This document shows, piece by piece, positions 17,271-27,171 of a DNA stretch of 45,476 bases. The stretch spans positions 2,886-48,361 of the forward strand of contig CAZSET010000003.1 of assembly GCA_964605915.1 (NCBI GenBank), read 5' to 3'. Below the pieces are notes generated by a model, which saw only the letters and a list, made by a program, of their open reading frames with translations, made no database searches and had not been told where the DNA came from. Origin of the DNA: an uncultured candidatus Brocadiaceae bacterium. Lineage in GTDB: Bacteria; Planctomycetota; Brocadiia; SM23-32. The translations under genes were made by a program, and so were the position numbers. How positions within the stretch are numbered: position 1 is the first letter of the stretch; the number at the start of each line of letters is the position of its first letter.

Positions 17271-18137
17271 ATGAGTCCCAAGGTCTACATCAACGGCGAG
17301 CTATACGAGAAGGAGAACGCCCGTATCTCCGTCTACGACCACGGCCTGCTATACGGAGACGGCGTCTTCGAGGGGATTCGGGCGTACAACGGAGAGATAT
17401 TCCGTTGCCGGGAGCACATTGACCGCCTGTTCGCCTCAGCCCGGGCGATCGCGCTCGAGATCCCCCTGAGCAAGGACGAGATGATCGAGGCCATCCGCCA
17501 GACGCTGGACGCCAACGGCATGACGGACGCCTACATACGGCTGCTGGTGACGCGCGGCATCGGCACGCTGGGGCTCGATCCCTACGAGTGCACCGATCCT
17601 CAGGTCATCATCATCACGGACCACATCGCTCTCTACCCGCCGAAATACTACGAGCAAGGGCTGGAGCTGGTGGCCGTCTCGACCATCCGCAACCACCCCA
17701 ACGCCCTGAACCCCCGGATCAAGTCGCTCAATTACCTGAACAACATCCTGGCGAAGATCGAATGTATCCAGGCCGGCGTCGGCGAGGCCATCATGCTCAA
17801 CAAGGATGGCTACGTGGCCGAGTGCACCGGCGACAACATCTTCACCGTCAGGAACGGCGCGCTCATCACGCCGCCGGTCCACGCCGGCATCCTGGAGGGC
17901 ATCACGCGCCAGGTGGTGATGGAGCTTGCCCGGGAGGCGGGCATCGAGACGCACGAGCAGGACATGACGCGCTTCGACCTTTACGTGGCCGATGAGTGCT
18001 TCCTGACCGGCACGGCGGCAGAGATCATACCTGTCGTGCGCATCGACAGCCGCGAGATCGGCGACGGCCAGCCGGGACCCGTCACGCTGATGCTGCTGAA
18101 GATGTTCAGAGATCAAACCACCAACAATACCGGCTGA
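17271..18137 (+). CDS. ilvE: Branched-chain amino acid aminotransferase (class IV)
   Basis: ISVYDHGLLYGDGVFEGIRAY, LNPRIKSLNYLNNILAK, EGITR. ATG 17271 is preceded by AAAGGAG. Confidence 0.93.
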   Translation: MSPKVYINGELYEKENARISVYDHGLLYGDGVFEGIRAYNGEIFRCREHIDRLFASARAIALEIPLSKDEMIEAIRQTLDANGMTDAYIRLLVTRGIGTLGLDPYECTDPQVIIITDHIALYPPKYYEQGLELVAVSTIRNHPNALNPRIKSLNYLNNILAKIECIQAGVGEAIMLNKDGYVAECTGDNIFTVRNGALITPPVHAGILEGITRQVVMELAREAGIETHEQDMTRFDLYVADECFLTGTAAEIIPVVRIDSREIGDGQPGPVTLMLLKMFRDQTTNNTG

Positions 18138-18189
18138 GATAACTGCCGCCTGCCGGCGAACGGCCAGCGGCAGTTGAGGGGTAGGACAG

Positions 18190-19023
18190 ATGTTCAAGAG
18201 CTTTTCAGGCGGTCCCATAGGCGTGAGGGCAGGCTTCGAGGAAGCGGTGCAACTCGCCGCACATTACGGCTTTGAGGGCGTCTCCACGGACGTCGGCTAC
18301 CTGATGGAGCACGGCCCGGAGACCGTCGTCCAGATGCTCGAGGAGCGGGATCTCAAACCGGGAGGATGGGGCCCGCCCATGCGGCTGATGGCGCCCGAAG
18401 AGGAGTTCAGGGAGAAGCTCAAGGACCTGCCCAAGATCGCGGACCTCTGCTCGCGCATCGGCGATCGGCGCTGCGCGACCTGGCTGCCGCCCGCATCGGA
18501 CGAGATGCCGTTCGACGAAATGTTTGCCTTTGTGCGAGACCGCCTGGCCGCGATCGGGGAGATCTTCAACGATTACGACGTGCGCTTCGGGCTGGAGTTC
18601 ATCGGCCCCGCCACCTCGCGCGCCAGCAAGAAGCACGATTTCGTCCACACGATGGACGGCATGCTGGAGCTGTGCGAGGCGGCCGGAACGGGCAACATCG
18701 GCCTCCTGCTCGACTGCTGGCACCTCTACACCAGCGGCGGGCAGGTCGACGACGTCCTGGACCTCACGGACCACGACGTGGTGACCGTCCACATCAACGA
18801 CGCCCCCAAGGGCGTCGCGCTCGAGGAGCACAAAGACAACGTTCGCGGGCTGCCCGGGGAGACGGGCGTGATCGGCGTGCCGCGTTTCCTGCAACGCCTC
18901 AAGGAGATCGGCTACACCGGCCCGGTCATCGTCGAACCGTTCAGCGACCGCGTGCGGCAGATGCCGACCGACGAAGCCGTCCGGGTCACCAAGGAAGCAA
19001 TGGACAGCGTCTGGCCGGAGTGA
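18190..19023 (+). CDS. Sugar phosphate isomerase/epimerase (xylose-isomerase-like TIM barrel)
   Basis: Typical AP_endonuc_2 pattern (GFEGVS..., LEFIGP, LLLDCWHL, VHINDA, IVEPF). Confidence 0.8.
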   Translation: MFKSFSGGPIGVRAGFEEAVQLAAHYGFEGVSTDVGYLMEHGPETVVQMLEERDLKPGGWGPPMRLMAPEEEFREKLKDLPKIADLCSRIGDRRCATWLPPASDEMPFDEMFAFVRDRLAAIGEIFNDYDVRFGLEFIGPATSRASKKHDFVHTMDGMLELCEAAGTGNIGLLLDCWHLYTSGGQVDDVLDLTDHDVVTVHINDAPKGVALEEHKDNVRGLPGETGVIGVPRFLQRLKEIGYTGPVIVEPFSDRVRQMPTDEAVRVTKEAMDSVWPE

Positions 19024-19091
19024 AATGCACGCCCCCCCGTACGTTCGGATGCCTGCGGGACACCGAGCGCCGCCCTTCCAGGAGGACTGCC

Positions 19092-19856
19092 ATGCCGCCA
19101 CCCGTGCATCAGAAGAGCTTCGTGCTCACCGTTGCAGAATCGAAGCGCCTCATCGCCCGCGCGCTGAAGCGCCACCCGGCTGTCATCGCCGCCCTTAACC
19201 AGGGCATCGTGGCCATTGCCAAAGGCACCACGAACGCCTACGTGGCGGAAGAGCTCGGCGAAGAAGGCATCCACAAGCCACATTACTGCATGGGCGTGAC
19301 GAAGCCGGCCAAGGGCGCCGAAAACGCGGAGACGGCCAACGAGCTGCCCGATCTGGTCCTGCGACGCGGGGAGCGTCAGCACGGCGTCTCCGCAGTCGAC
19401 ATCGTCTCCGAGATGGGGCCCGGCGACATCTTCATCAAGGGCGCCAACGCCGTCAACTACGAGAAGCGGCAGGCCGGAATCCTCATAGGGCATCCGACGG
19501 GCGGAACCATAGGCGCCGCGATCGGCAGCGTGGTGGCGCGCCGCGCAACGCTCCTCATCCCGGTCGGCCTGGAGAAGAACATCCCCGGCGACATCCACCA
19601 GATCTACCGTGACCTGGCCCGGATCGGGCCGAACGGATCGGGTCCAATGCTCTGGCCGGTAGACGGCGAGATCTTCACCGAGATCGAGGCGATCCAGCTC
19701 GTCGCCGGCGTGCGCGCCACGCTGATCGGAGCGGGCGGCATCGCCGGCGCGGAGGGAAGCGTCAGGCTCTCCGTTTGGGGCACGCCCGACGAGGTGACCC
19801 GCGCCGAGGCCTCAATCAAGGACGTGCTGGGCGAACCGCCCTTCATCAGCCCGTGA
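19092..19856 (+). CDS. Conserved-looking hypothetical protein (254 aa)
   Basis: ATG 19092 is preceded by GGAGGA. The frame is GC3-rich with a globular alpha/beta-like composition (IAKGTTNAYV, IFIKGANAVN, LLIPVGLEK). No family recognised by eye. Confidence 0.6.
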   Translation: MPPPVHQKSFVLTVAESKRLIARALKRHPAVIAALNQGIVAIAKGTTNAYVAEELGEEGIHKPHYCMGVTKPAKGAENAETANELPDLVLRRGERQHGVSAVDIVSEMGPGDIFIKGANAVNYEKRQAGILIGHPTGGTIGAAIGSVVARRATLLIPVGLEKNIPGDIHQIYRDLARIGPNGSGPMLWPVDGEIFTEIEAIQLVAGVRATLIGAGGIAGAEGSVRLSVWGTPDEVTRAEASIKDVLGEPPFISP

Positions 19857-19962
19857 GCGGCTCTCCCAGGTGCCGGCCGCGCACGCCCGGTCGCCGGGGG
19901 CCGATCTCAGATTCCACCCCTGCCGGCTGCGCCAGTCGGCCTCGCACTTCGTCCTTCACACT

Positions 19963-21207
19963 TCACCCTTCGCCTTCCGCCAGCTCCGCCCTGTTCTCGT
20001 ATACCTTGCGGAGGGCGGCCACTATGTCGTCCATATCCGCGGGCGCGGCGAGCAACATGCTGTGCCGCATCCAGACCGCCTCCCGGCAGATGCGCTCGGC
20101 GTTCGGGCAGTCCACGTCCAGGTAATCGCGCTTCACGCCATAGTACGGGCAGGAGAGCGGGCAGTACTCCGGCCCGTCGCCGCTGTGCTTGAACAGCCAG
20201 TGCCTGTAGAGGGGCTCTTTGTAGCCGCCGTAGCAGGGGACGCCCTCCGCGGTCAGCGCGGCCATGAACCGCCCTCGGCTGACGCCGTCGAACTCCTCGG
20301 ACACGAACCTCACCTGGTATCCGTGATAGGCGCGCCGCGTGACCCTTTCGTCCTCGCGGATCGTGTGAATGCCCGGTATCTGCGAGAGCTCGGCGGTGAG
20401 GCGGTGGGCGTTCTCCTGGCGCACGCGCGTGTGCTCGTCCATCCGCCCGAGCTGGGCCAGCAACAGCGCGGCCTGGAACTCCGTCATGCGGTAGTTGCTG
20501 CCCGTGCGATAATGGTGATACCAGGGGTTATCCAGCCCGCGCCCGCAGTTGGTGAACGAGCGGATCAGCGCGGCCAGTTCCTCATCGTCGGTCAGGACGA
20601 TGCCGCCCTCGCCGGCCGTCATGTTCTTCGATAGCTGGAAGCTGAACCCGCCGGCGTCGCCGAGCGCGCCGGTGCCCTTTCCCTTCCACTGGCTGCCCCA
20701 ACTGTGGCAGGCGTCCTCCACCACGACCAGGTCGTGCTCCTCGGCCATCTCGCCGATGCGGTCCATGTCGCACGGCAGCCCGACCCAGTGGACGGGCACG
20801 ATGGCCCTGGTTCTGTCCGTGACGAGCGCGGCCGCCGCGTCCACGTCCAGGTTGAAGGTGTGCAGCTCGACGTCGCAGAAGACGGGCACGGCGTTGGCGC
20901 GCAGCACGGCATCGGCCGTCGCCTGGAAGGTATAGGCCGGGATGATGACCTCGTCGCCCGCCTTCACATCGCAGCAAACGAGCGCCGCCTCGAGCGCGGC
21001 GGTGCCGTTGCACGTCGTTATGGCGAACCGTGCGCCCTGGAAGGTGGCGAACGCCTGCTCGAACTCGCGCACTTTCTCCGCGTAGTACCACCGCCCGCTG
21101 CGCAGCACGCCGAGCAGCGCCTCCTCTTCGGCCTCGCCGTAGACGGGCCAGTCGGGCCACGGCTCCGTCCTGACCGGCTCCCCGCCGTTCACCGCCAGCT
21201 GTGCCAT
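19963..21207 (-). CDS. DegT/DnrJ/EryC1/StrS-family PLP aminotransferase
   Basis: TTCNGTAALEAAL, VPVHWVGLPCDM, SFQLSKNMTAGEGG (PLP lysine). Start at ATG 21207. Confidence 0.9.
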   Translation of the reverse strand: MAQLAVNGGEPVRTEPWPDWPVYGEAEEEALLGVLRSGRWYYAEKVREFEQAFATFQGARFAITTCNGTAALEAALVCCDVKAGDEVIIPAYTFQATADAVLRANAVPVFCDVELHTFNLDVDAAAALVTDRTRAIVPVHWVGLPCDMDRIGEMAEEHDLVVVEDACHSWGSQWKGKGTGALGDAGGFSFQLSKNMTAGEGGIVLTDDEELAALIRSFTNCGRGLDNPWYHHYRTGSNYRMTEFQAALLLAQLGRMDEHTRVRQENAHRLTAELSQIPGIHTIREDERVTRRAYHGYQVRFVSEEFDGVSRGRFMAALTAEGVPCYGGYKEPLYRHWLFKHSGDGPEYCPLSCPYYGVKRDYLDVDCPNAERICREAVWMRHSMLLAAPADMDDIVAALRKVYENRAELAEGEG

Positions 21208-21269
21208 GGTCTGCCTATCTCCCTCCGCTGGGAACCCCCGTAGCAACGCTCATCGATTGCGGGCGCCCG

Positions 21270-22301
21270 TCATCTGCTGCGGAAATCACGAAGCCTGGTG
21301 TTGTCTACCATCCGGCCAATCGTCTTTGGCGTGAAGACCTTCCCTTTGGCGGCGACCAGAAGCTTCTTCATGTCCTCCCGCCGTACCGCGAAACCACGTC
21401 CTCCAATGCATGCGACAACTTGGAACCGCGGACGCTCCTCAACGGTGCCAGCCAGGCTCACCTCGGCCAAGTGCTGAATCCGGGTCACCTTGTCGCGCGC
21501 AGTGCCATCATCCTGTGTGATCTTGGCCTCAATGACCACTTGTGGGTTCAGTTCGCTCGGCACAATGAAGTCAGGCGCCTGGTCAAAGCCCTCGATCCGT
21601 TCAGCGCGCTTCGTCTTGCGAAAGCTTATGCCGGCCTTGCTCAGTATGTCCTCGACGGTAGATTCCAGGCCTCCCCCGATGAGATCACTGACTGAGTCTC
21701 TATGACCTGCGAACGGCCGCCCCAGGAATCTCTCGTACAAAAGGACCGCATATGGAGCACCCATGTCAGCCAGACGGCGAATGCCATCGGCCCCGGTTCT
21801 TGTGTCCGCCTTGCCAAGGCGGTGTATCTCGCCGGCCTCCACGTCAGGAGCCCCTTGGCTGAGCAACTGGCACGCCACCTTAACCAACGCGCCAAGTCTG
21901 GACGCCGTAACGCCCGTGACAACCAGCGGCCCTTCGGGCGCCATCCGGATCCGTCTATCGAGGGAGCGAGCTGCTCCTTGCGTCACCTCGATGCCGGTCC
22001 TCTGAGTAGCGACATAGGCCCACTCCGGCGGCGTGAAACCCAACATGGAGCGAAGGACTATGAATGAGACGGGGTGACTTCTAACAGCGCGCAGGACAAG
22101 CTCCGGCCGGATGTCGGCAAAGCCGCCTGTAGCGCGCTTCAACGCCTCGTAGCCCTCCTCGAAGGTGGCGTACTCAATGAATCCCGGTCCTTTGGGAAGT
22201 ACGAGGAACTCCGATTCGAGGCAGGAGAAGACTGACGAAACATAAACGTCAAGGTTCTCCTGCATTTCCCCGAAGGGGACTTCAAAAGGGAACTTGAGCA
22301 T
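21270..22301 (-). CDS. Putative type II restriction endonuclease (PD-(D/E)xK)
   Basis: APDFIVPSELNPQVVIEAKITQDDGTARDK (21522-21572) is a classical D...E-x-K core. The start overlaps the stop of the upstream methyltransferase by 20 nt. Lower GC than the flanks. Confidence 0.6.
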   Translation of the reverse strand: MLKFPFEVPFGEMQENLDVYVSSVFSCLESEFLVLPKGPGFIEYATFEEGYEALKRATGGFADIRPELVLRAVRSHPVSFIVLRSMLGFTPPEWAYVATQRTGIEVTQGAARSLDRRIRMAPEGPLVVTGVTASRLGALVKVACQLLSQGAPDVEAGEIHRLGKADTRTGADGIRRLADMGAPYAVLLYERFLGRPFAGHRDSVSDLIGGGLESTVEDILSKAGISFRKTKRAERIEGFDQAPDFIVPSELNPQVVIEAKITQDDGTARDKVTRIQHLAEVSLAGTVEERPRFQVVACIGGRGFAVRREDMKKLLVAAKGKVFTPKTIGRMVDNTRLRDFRSR

Positions 22302-24489
22302 CTTGCGCTCCGTATGGGGTCTCTACCTCCTCCACTCGCGCCCCTTGGCGTGCCGGCACGGTTTCCAGGAGACCAGCAAGGTGTCGCTCGACGACTTCAA
22401 CACCTCCGAAGGAGGCCGTCCAGAGCCCCACCTTGTCCAAACGCTCCTTTGTAGGCCATGTGGGATCCCATTGCGGCCTGAGCGACCACACGCAGAGCCG
22501 CACCAGATGCCCGTGAATGATGCAGCGGATGTCCCCGGCAGTAGGTCTCACCCCTCCGTCTTCAAGAGCCGCGATATCCGCCCGCACAAGGCCGGCAACG
22601 CCTTCCGCTTGCTCGGGCAGCCACCGGCGGGGGACAGAGCCGGTGGAACGGCACACGAATACGGTATCTATGATGGAAGAGCTAGTGCCGCTAATGTGAA
22701 TGGAGGCCCCCATCTCAGCCGGACAGGGAAACGATGCCGAGCACGTGAGCCCACAGTCCAGGATCGCGATCGCCACCGGATAGTATGCGGCCAGTTCATT
22801 GTGATGATAGGTAAAGACAAGCGGAGTCCCAGGCTTGAGCGCCCGGGCCATGTGACAGAACGCCCTCGATAGGCCTTCGGCGAAGTGCTCAATTCCGCGG
22901 TCCATGCTCACGTTGGCCGTCAGCTCTCCTGGGGTTCGAGTGGAAACGCCCTCAAAGCCCGGCGTGCCCTTGGGCACAAGGCGGCGCAACCACACGTAGC
23001 AGAAGTCCATCAGCTCGGCATACTGCACGTTGCCGAAGTACGGTGGATCGGTGAAGACCCCATCAAGGCTGTTCGGAGGTAACGGTTTCTGCGTCGCGTC
23101 TGCGCAAGAGATCTCAACGCAACGGACTTCAGAATCCTGACCGCGCCGAGATTCGCCTATCCACTCACCTGGCAGGACAACTTTGGTTCTACGTCCATCT
23201 TCGTGTCGCACCTCATACGGTTTCGGGCAATAGGACTTCGCCTTCGCGAACTTATCGATCATGTTGCACCAGCCCCCACTGCCAATACACCCCCCCCGCA
23301 CCGGGTCTTCAATCCCCAGGAGGTTGGATTCGCACTGCACGAGGCCCACAGGGAAACCGTGGACCGAAAAGATGTCGAGTGACTTGAGGGCCATGGTGTC
23401 GTAACGGCAAAGCATGTTCTGATACCGCAGCAGATCCGATAGATTCGTTGCCAGTGCATCTCGGATCCTGGCGTTGCTGAACGCCGCAATGAACCGGCAA
23501 CTCAACTCGAGCCCCAGCAACTGCCGTGCATTGAACATCTCCCTATAATGCCTGTAACCCCATCGATGGAGTCTATCGCTCTCGTCGCCAGGAGGAATCT
23601 GCTCTTCCGGGACGAACGCCGCGTCCATCCCGTTGTAGCGATGCTCGGCTGTGGCAAAGCGCCCCAGATCCTGCTCATCAGGCGCCTTGAAGAAGCGTCC
23701 CTTATGGTCCGGCTTGCAGTTGGGGCAGTAGTACTCGATAGCAAACATGCGGTGACGCGGAGGCCCTCCGTGTGGATCAGGATACGAGCCGATGAAGCCG
23801 CAGTGCGGGCACTCGAATCTGTTTCGCCTGGCCGAAGCCGCGGCGGCAAACGGCTCATCACACGCGGCACAGCGCGACACTGCGTCCCGGCTTTCTGCCT
23901 CGGTGAGGGCACCGCACTTCCCGCAAACAAAGACGTACTTGGGGTGCCGACGATTCTTTGCAACGACTTTGCCCGGCAGCAATGCGACATCCGCGCCGCA
24001 GTTACGACACGACTGAACTTTGACCCATAGGAAGTACTTCGCCAGGGCATTCTCAGCCCCGCACAGAACGCACCGCGTATGGTACAGCTCCCCGATTTCC
24101 CCCAGCAGGTAACGCCTAAGCTGCCCCGTGGCCTCCGCGTAATCGTCCAGATCCAGGGACCGCATCTCTTCTCTAACTATCCAGTACGCCATCGGGTTGA
24201 CATCGTACCCGACGACGTCACACCCAAGACGGTTCGCCTCCAGCAGAGGAGTCCCGCCTCCCATAAAGGGGTCAGCGACACGCACCCCCGCCAGCTTGTT
24301 GGTCTTGTAGTAAACCTCTCGGAGGTCCCCGCCCGCAAACTCAGATAGCAACAGCCCCCGGAAAAGGGAGCCCGGCCGACGCGCGAACCACTTGTGAACA
24401 CATATGATGGGGCGGTAGTTCTGCTGTATCTGCTTCTCGCGAAGTGCGAGATTGGAGATAAACGGTACGTCGAAATCGTGTTCTATCAT
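22282..24489 (-). CDS. COG1743/DUF1156-type DNA methyltransferase with Zn-ribbon insertions
   Basis: N-terminal DUF1156-like HKWFARRPGSLFRGLL, SAM motif DPFMGGGTPLLEA and motif IV DPPY (23038-23049). Several CxxC pairs lie between them (CVLCG...CRNCG, CGKCG...CAAC, CPHCG, CPNC). Confidence 0.85.
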   Translation of the reverse strand: MIEHDFDVPFISNLALREKQIQQNYRPIICVHKWFARRPGSLFRGLLLSEFAGGDLREVYYKTNKLAGVRVADPFMGGGTPLLEANRLGCDVVGYDVNPMAYWIVREEMRSLDLDDYAEATGQLRRYLLGEIGELYHTRCVLCGAENALAKYFLWVKVQSCRNCGADVALLPGKVVAKNRRHPKYVFVCGKCGALTEAESRDAVSRCAACDEPFAAAASARRNRFECPHCGFIGSYPDPHGGPPRHRMFAIEYYCPNCKPDHKGRFFKAPDEQDLGRFATAEHRYNGMDAAFVPEEQIPPGDESDRLHRWGYRHYREMFNARQLLGLELSCRFIAAFSNARIRDALATNLSDLLRYQNMLCRYDTMALKSLDIFSVHGFPVGLVQCESNLLGIEDPVRGGCIGSGGWCNMIDKFAKAKSYCPKPYEVRHEDGRRTKVVLPGEWIGESRRGQDSEVRCVEISCADATQKPLPPNSLDGVFTDPPYFGNVQYAELMDFCYVWLRRLVPKGTPGFEGVSTRTPGELTANVSMDRGIEHFAEGLSRAFCHMARALKPGTPLVFTYHHNELAAYYPVAIAILDCGLTCSASFPCPAEMGASIHISGTSSSIIDTVFVCRSTGSVPRRWLPEQAEGVAGLVRADIAALEDGGVRPTAGDIRCIIHGHLVRLCVWSLRPQWDPTWPTKERLDKVGLWTASFGGVEVVERHLAGLLETVPARQGARVEEVETPYGAQDAQVPF

Positions 24490-24513
24490 GTCCCCTACCC
24501 CTGCGTTTCCGCC

Positions 24514-24542
24514 ACAGTATCAGCCATGGCAGAACATGTCAA
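24514..24542 (-). promoter_or_regulatory. Candidate sigma70-type promoter for the M-R operon
   Basis: On the minus strand: TTGACA (24542-24537), 17-nt spacer, TACTGT (24519-24514), about 25 nt upstream of ATG 24489. Confidence 0.45.
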
Positions 24543-24610
24543 CAAAAGCATAGCGAATGGCGCCCGCCGGCGACTGCCTGGCTGTCCCGCCAATGGCATC
24601 CCATCGCCCG

Positions 24611-25765
24611 TCAGTAGTAGTTGAGGCCGTAGTTGACCAGCGGCAGGGGGAAGAGGCAGTCCAGCGTCTGCCTCAGCTCGGAGCCCTCCGCCAGACCCAG
24701 CTCCAGCCTGTCGCGGTGGCGCGGGTGGCAGAAGACCATGTCCGTGAACGATCGCATCTCCGCCAACTCCAGCTCCTCATCGCCATACGCGATCCTGACA
24801 TCGCCGTCCACGCTAAAGCGGAGACGGCCGAAGGCCTCGCCCCCCAGCCTCTCCCTGAACAGGGAGGCGCACGCCTGCCAAAACCGCCCCGGATCTATGA
24901 TGCCGACCGTGCCCCGGAAACCGGTCGGCTCCGATGGCCAGCCGAAGCCGGCCGCCATCTGGGAGACTTCAACGTCGCAGTCCGCGTAACGGAGCGTCAT
25001 GTCGTCCAATCCGCGCTCCGCCAGCAGCGCAGCCATCGCCTGCATGATTGCCCGACGCGAGCCTCCCATTTCCAGCACCGTGATGGCGTTCTCGGCCTTG
25101 TGTTCCCACGGCGCGCCGCCTATCTGACAGGCGACGAACGCAACCGGCCGGTCGCCGCCCTTCCGCCAGACGAGCCGCGACTCGCCCGGCGCGGTGCAGA
25201 GGCGATCCCGCTGGAGCAAGCGAAGGAATTCGTCCGGACCGCGCACGAAGCGAGCCGGTTCGGCCACGCTCAGCTCCAGGACGGCCCGCATATCCTCGCG
25301 CCTCGCCGGGCGCAGTTCGTACTGAGGGCTTCCCGCCACGGGCATCCGGTCTCGCCGGATGGTGCAGACGTTGAAGGCGCCCGTCTCGACATACCCCGAC
25401 CGTTTGTAGAGCCCGCGTCGGCCGGAGATGAGGACGAGATCGGCCCCGTCGGCCAGCGCCTTCTCCCTGCAGTCAACAAGGAGCCGCGTCGCCAGGCCGC
25501 GCCCCCGGTAGTCGGTATCCGTGCAGACCCCGCCGAAGCAACAGGCCAGGTGCCGGACGCCGAGCAAAGCGATCTCCCGGTAGGTCATGGCCACGGCCGA
25601 GACGACCTTGGCGTCATCGGCGAACACGCGCAGGTTCTCGCGCACTTCGTCGTCGGCGGGGGATGGCAGGTGCGCGTCTCCTCCCGTCCGGAACACACGG
25701 TGGGCGAGCTCTGCGGCGCTGCGGATCTCCACTCCTCTTGCGGCTTTGGGTCCCTGGATCGTCAT
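24611..25765 (-). CDS. GNAT N-acetyltransferase with Eis-like C-terminal (SCP2-like) region, paralogue 1
   Basis: GNAT core VCTDTDYRGRGLATRLL. Long C-terminal domain ending in LFPLPLVNYGLNYY. Confidence 0.85.
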   Translation of the reverse strand: MTIQGPKAARGVEIRSAAELAHRVFRTGGDAHLPSPADDEVRENLRVFADDAKVVSAVAMTYREIALLGVRHLACCFGGVCTDTDYRGRGLATRLLVDCREKALADGADLVLISGRRGLYKRSGYVETGAFNVCTIRRDRMPVAGSPQYELRPARREDMRAVLELSVAEPARFVRGPDEFLRLLQRDRLCTAPGESRLVWRKGGDRPVAFVACQIGGAPWEHKAENAITVLEMGGSRRAIMQAMAALLAERGLDDMTLRYADCDVEVSQMAAGFGWPSEPTGFRGTVGIIDPGRFWQACASLFRERLGGEAFGRLRFSVDGDVRIAYGDEELELAEMRSFTDMVFCHPRHRDRLELGLAEGSELRQTLDCLFPLPLVNYGLNYY

Positions 25766-25804
25766 TGTTGTTCCTGTGCGCGGAAGGTTCTGTCAGCGTG
25801 CTGC

Positions 25805-26962
25805 CTAGATGTAGTTGAGGCCGTAGTCGACCAGCGGCAGGGGGAACAGCTCATCGAGGATTCCGGCGAGCTCGGACCCGTCCCTCAGGCCGAGGTCAAG
25901 CTCCCCCCTCCGATGGCGAGGCAGAAAGACCAGGTTTGTGAGCGCGCTCATGTCCTCTAGCACGAGCTGCTCCCGTCCGTGGGCAATCCTGACCGGCGGC
26001 CCGGCGTCGAACTGGAGCGCGTCGAACTCCCGGCCCAACTTCTCCCGGAACACGGGGGTGCACGCATCCCAGAACCGGCCCGCGTCTATGATGCCCACGG
26101 TTCCGGGGAAGCCGCGCGGCTCCGTGGGCCAGCCACACGAGCGGGCCATCTCGCCAAACTCCACGTCGCTGGCCAGGTAGTGGACCGTCGCGCTCGCCAC
26201 GTCGTGTTCCTCCAGCAGTGCCCCCAGCACGCGCGCGACGGCCCAGCGCGCACCCGCCATCTCCGCGACCGTCACCGTGTCCGTATCGCGGTCCTGCGGG
26301 CGGAAGCCGCCCAGACGATAGGCCACGTAGCCGACCGGCTCGTCGCTTCCGCTCTGGCATACCATCCTTGTTTCGCCCCTGCGGTTCACGACCTGGCCGC
26401 AGCTCAGCAGGGCCACGAAGTCGTCCGGCGGGCGCACGAAACGCACCGGCTCGGCCGCGTGAAGCCGGACGAGCGCGGGCACGTCCTCCATCCGCCAGTG
26501 GCGCAGCACGCAACGGCCAGGGGGCGGCAACTGGTCGCGCCTGATGGTGCACGTGTGGTAATCGCCCACGTTCACGTAGTCCTGCCGGCGGTAGAGGCCT
26601 CGGCTGCCCGAGATCAGAAACACGTCCACGCCGTCGCGACGGGCCTTCTGCCTGGCGTCCAGCAACAGCCGTGTGGCCAGTCCCTGCCCGCGGTAGTCCG
26701 GATCGGTGCAGACCGAACCGATGCTGCCGGCGAGGTGCCGCGTGCCCAGAAGGACGATCTCGCGCTCGAGCATTCCGACGAGCGACACTACCTTGCCGTC
26801 CTCGACGAAGACCCGCAGCCCGTCCAGGTTCTTCTCGCTGAGAAGGAGCGGGTAGTGGCGCGCCATGGACGAGCCCCACCCGACGCGGAACACCTCATCG
26901 GCCAGCTCGATGGCAGAGCCGAGCTCCTCCTTGCGCAGAGCCCTTGGCCCTTCGATAGTCAC
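25805..26962 (-). CDS. GNAT N-acetyltransferase with Eis-like C-terminal region, paralogue 2
   Basis: VCTDPDYRGQGLATRLL. Same length and collinear with paralogue 1 (both start MTI[QE]GP and end LFPLPLV[ND]YGLNY). Confidence 0.85.
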   Translation of the reverse strand: MTIEGPRALRKEELGSAIELADEVFRVGWGSSMARHYPLLLSEKNLDGLRVFVEDGKVVSLVGMLEREIVLLGTRHLAGSIGSVCTDPDYRGQGLATRLLLDARQKARRDGVDVFLISGSRGLYRRQDYVNVGDYHTCTIRRDQLPPPGRCVLRHWRMEDVPALVRLHAAEPVRFVRPPDDFVALLSCGQVVNRRGETRMVCQSGSDEPVGYVAYRLGGFRPQDRDTDTVTVAEMAGARWAVARVLGALLEEHDVASATVHYLASDVEFGEMARSCGWPTEPRGFPGTVGIIDAGRFWDACTPVFREKLGREFDALQFDAGPPVRIAHGREQLVLEDMSALTNLVFLPRHRRGELDLGLRDGSELAGILDELFPLPLVDYGLNYI

Positions 26963-27171
26963 ACACTTCCTCCGCTGGGATGGCAGCCGATGGTGGGAGC
27001 GACGCCTGCACGGAACGAAACTCTAAACATACCGGCGCCCCGGCGGCAGTGCAAATGCGCAGGGTCGCGGGGCGGCTCGTAGGGCCACACGGCGGGAGTT
27101 ATGCTATTCTCCGTAAAGCTGTGCCGCCGAAGGTGGGACTATTGGAGTGGAAGGCCTTCGAAGAGATAGGA

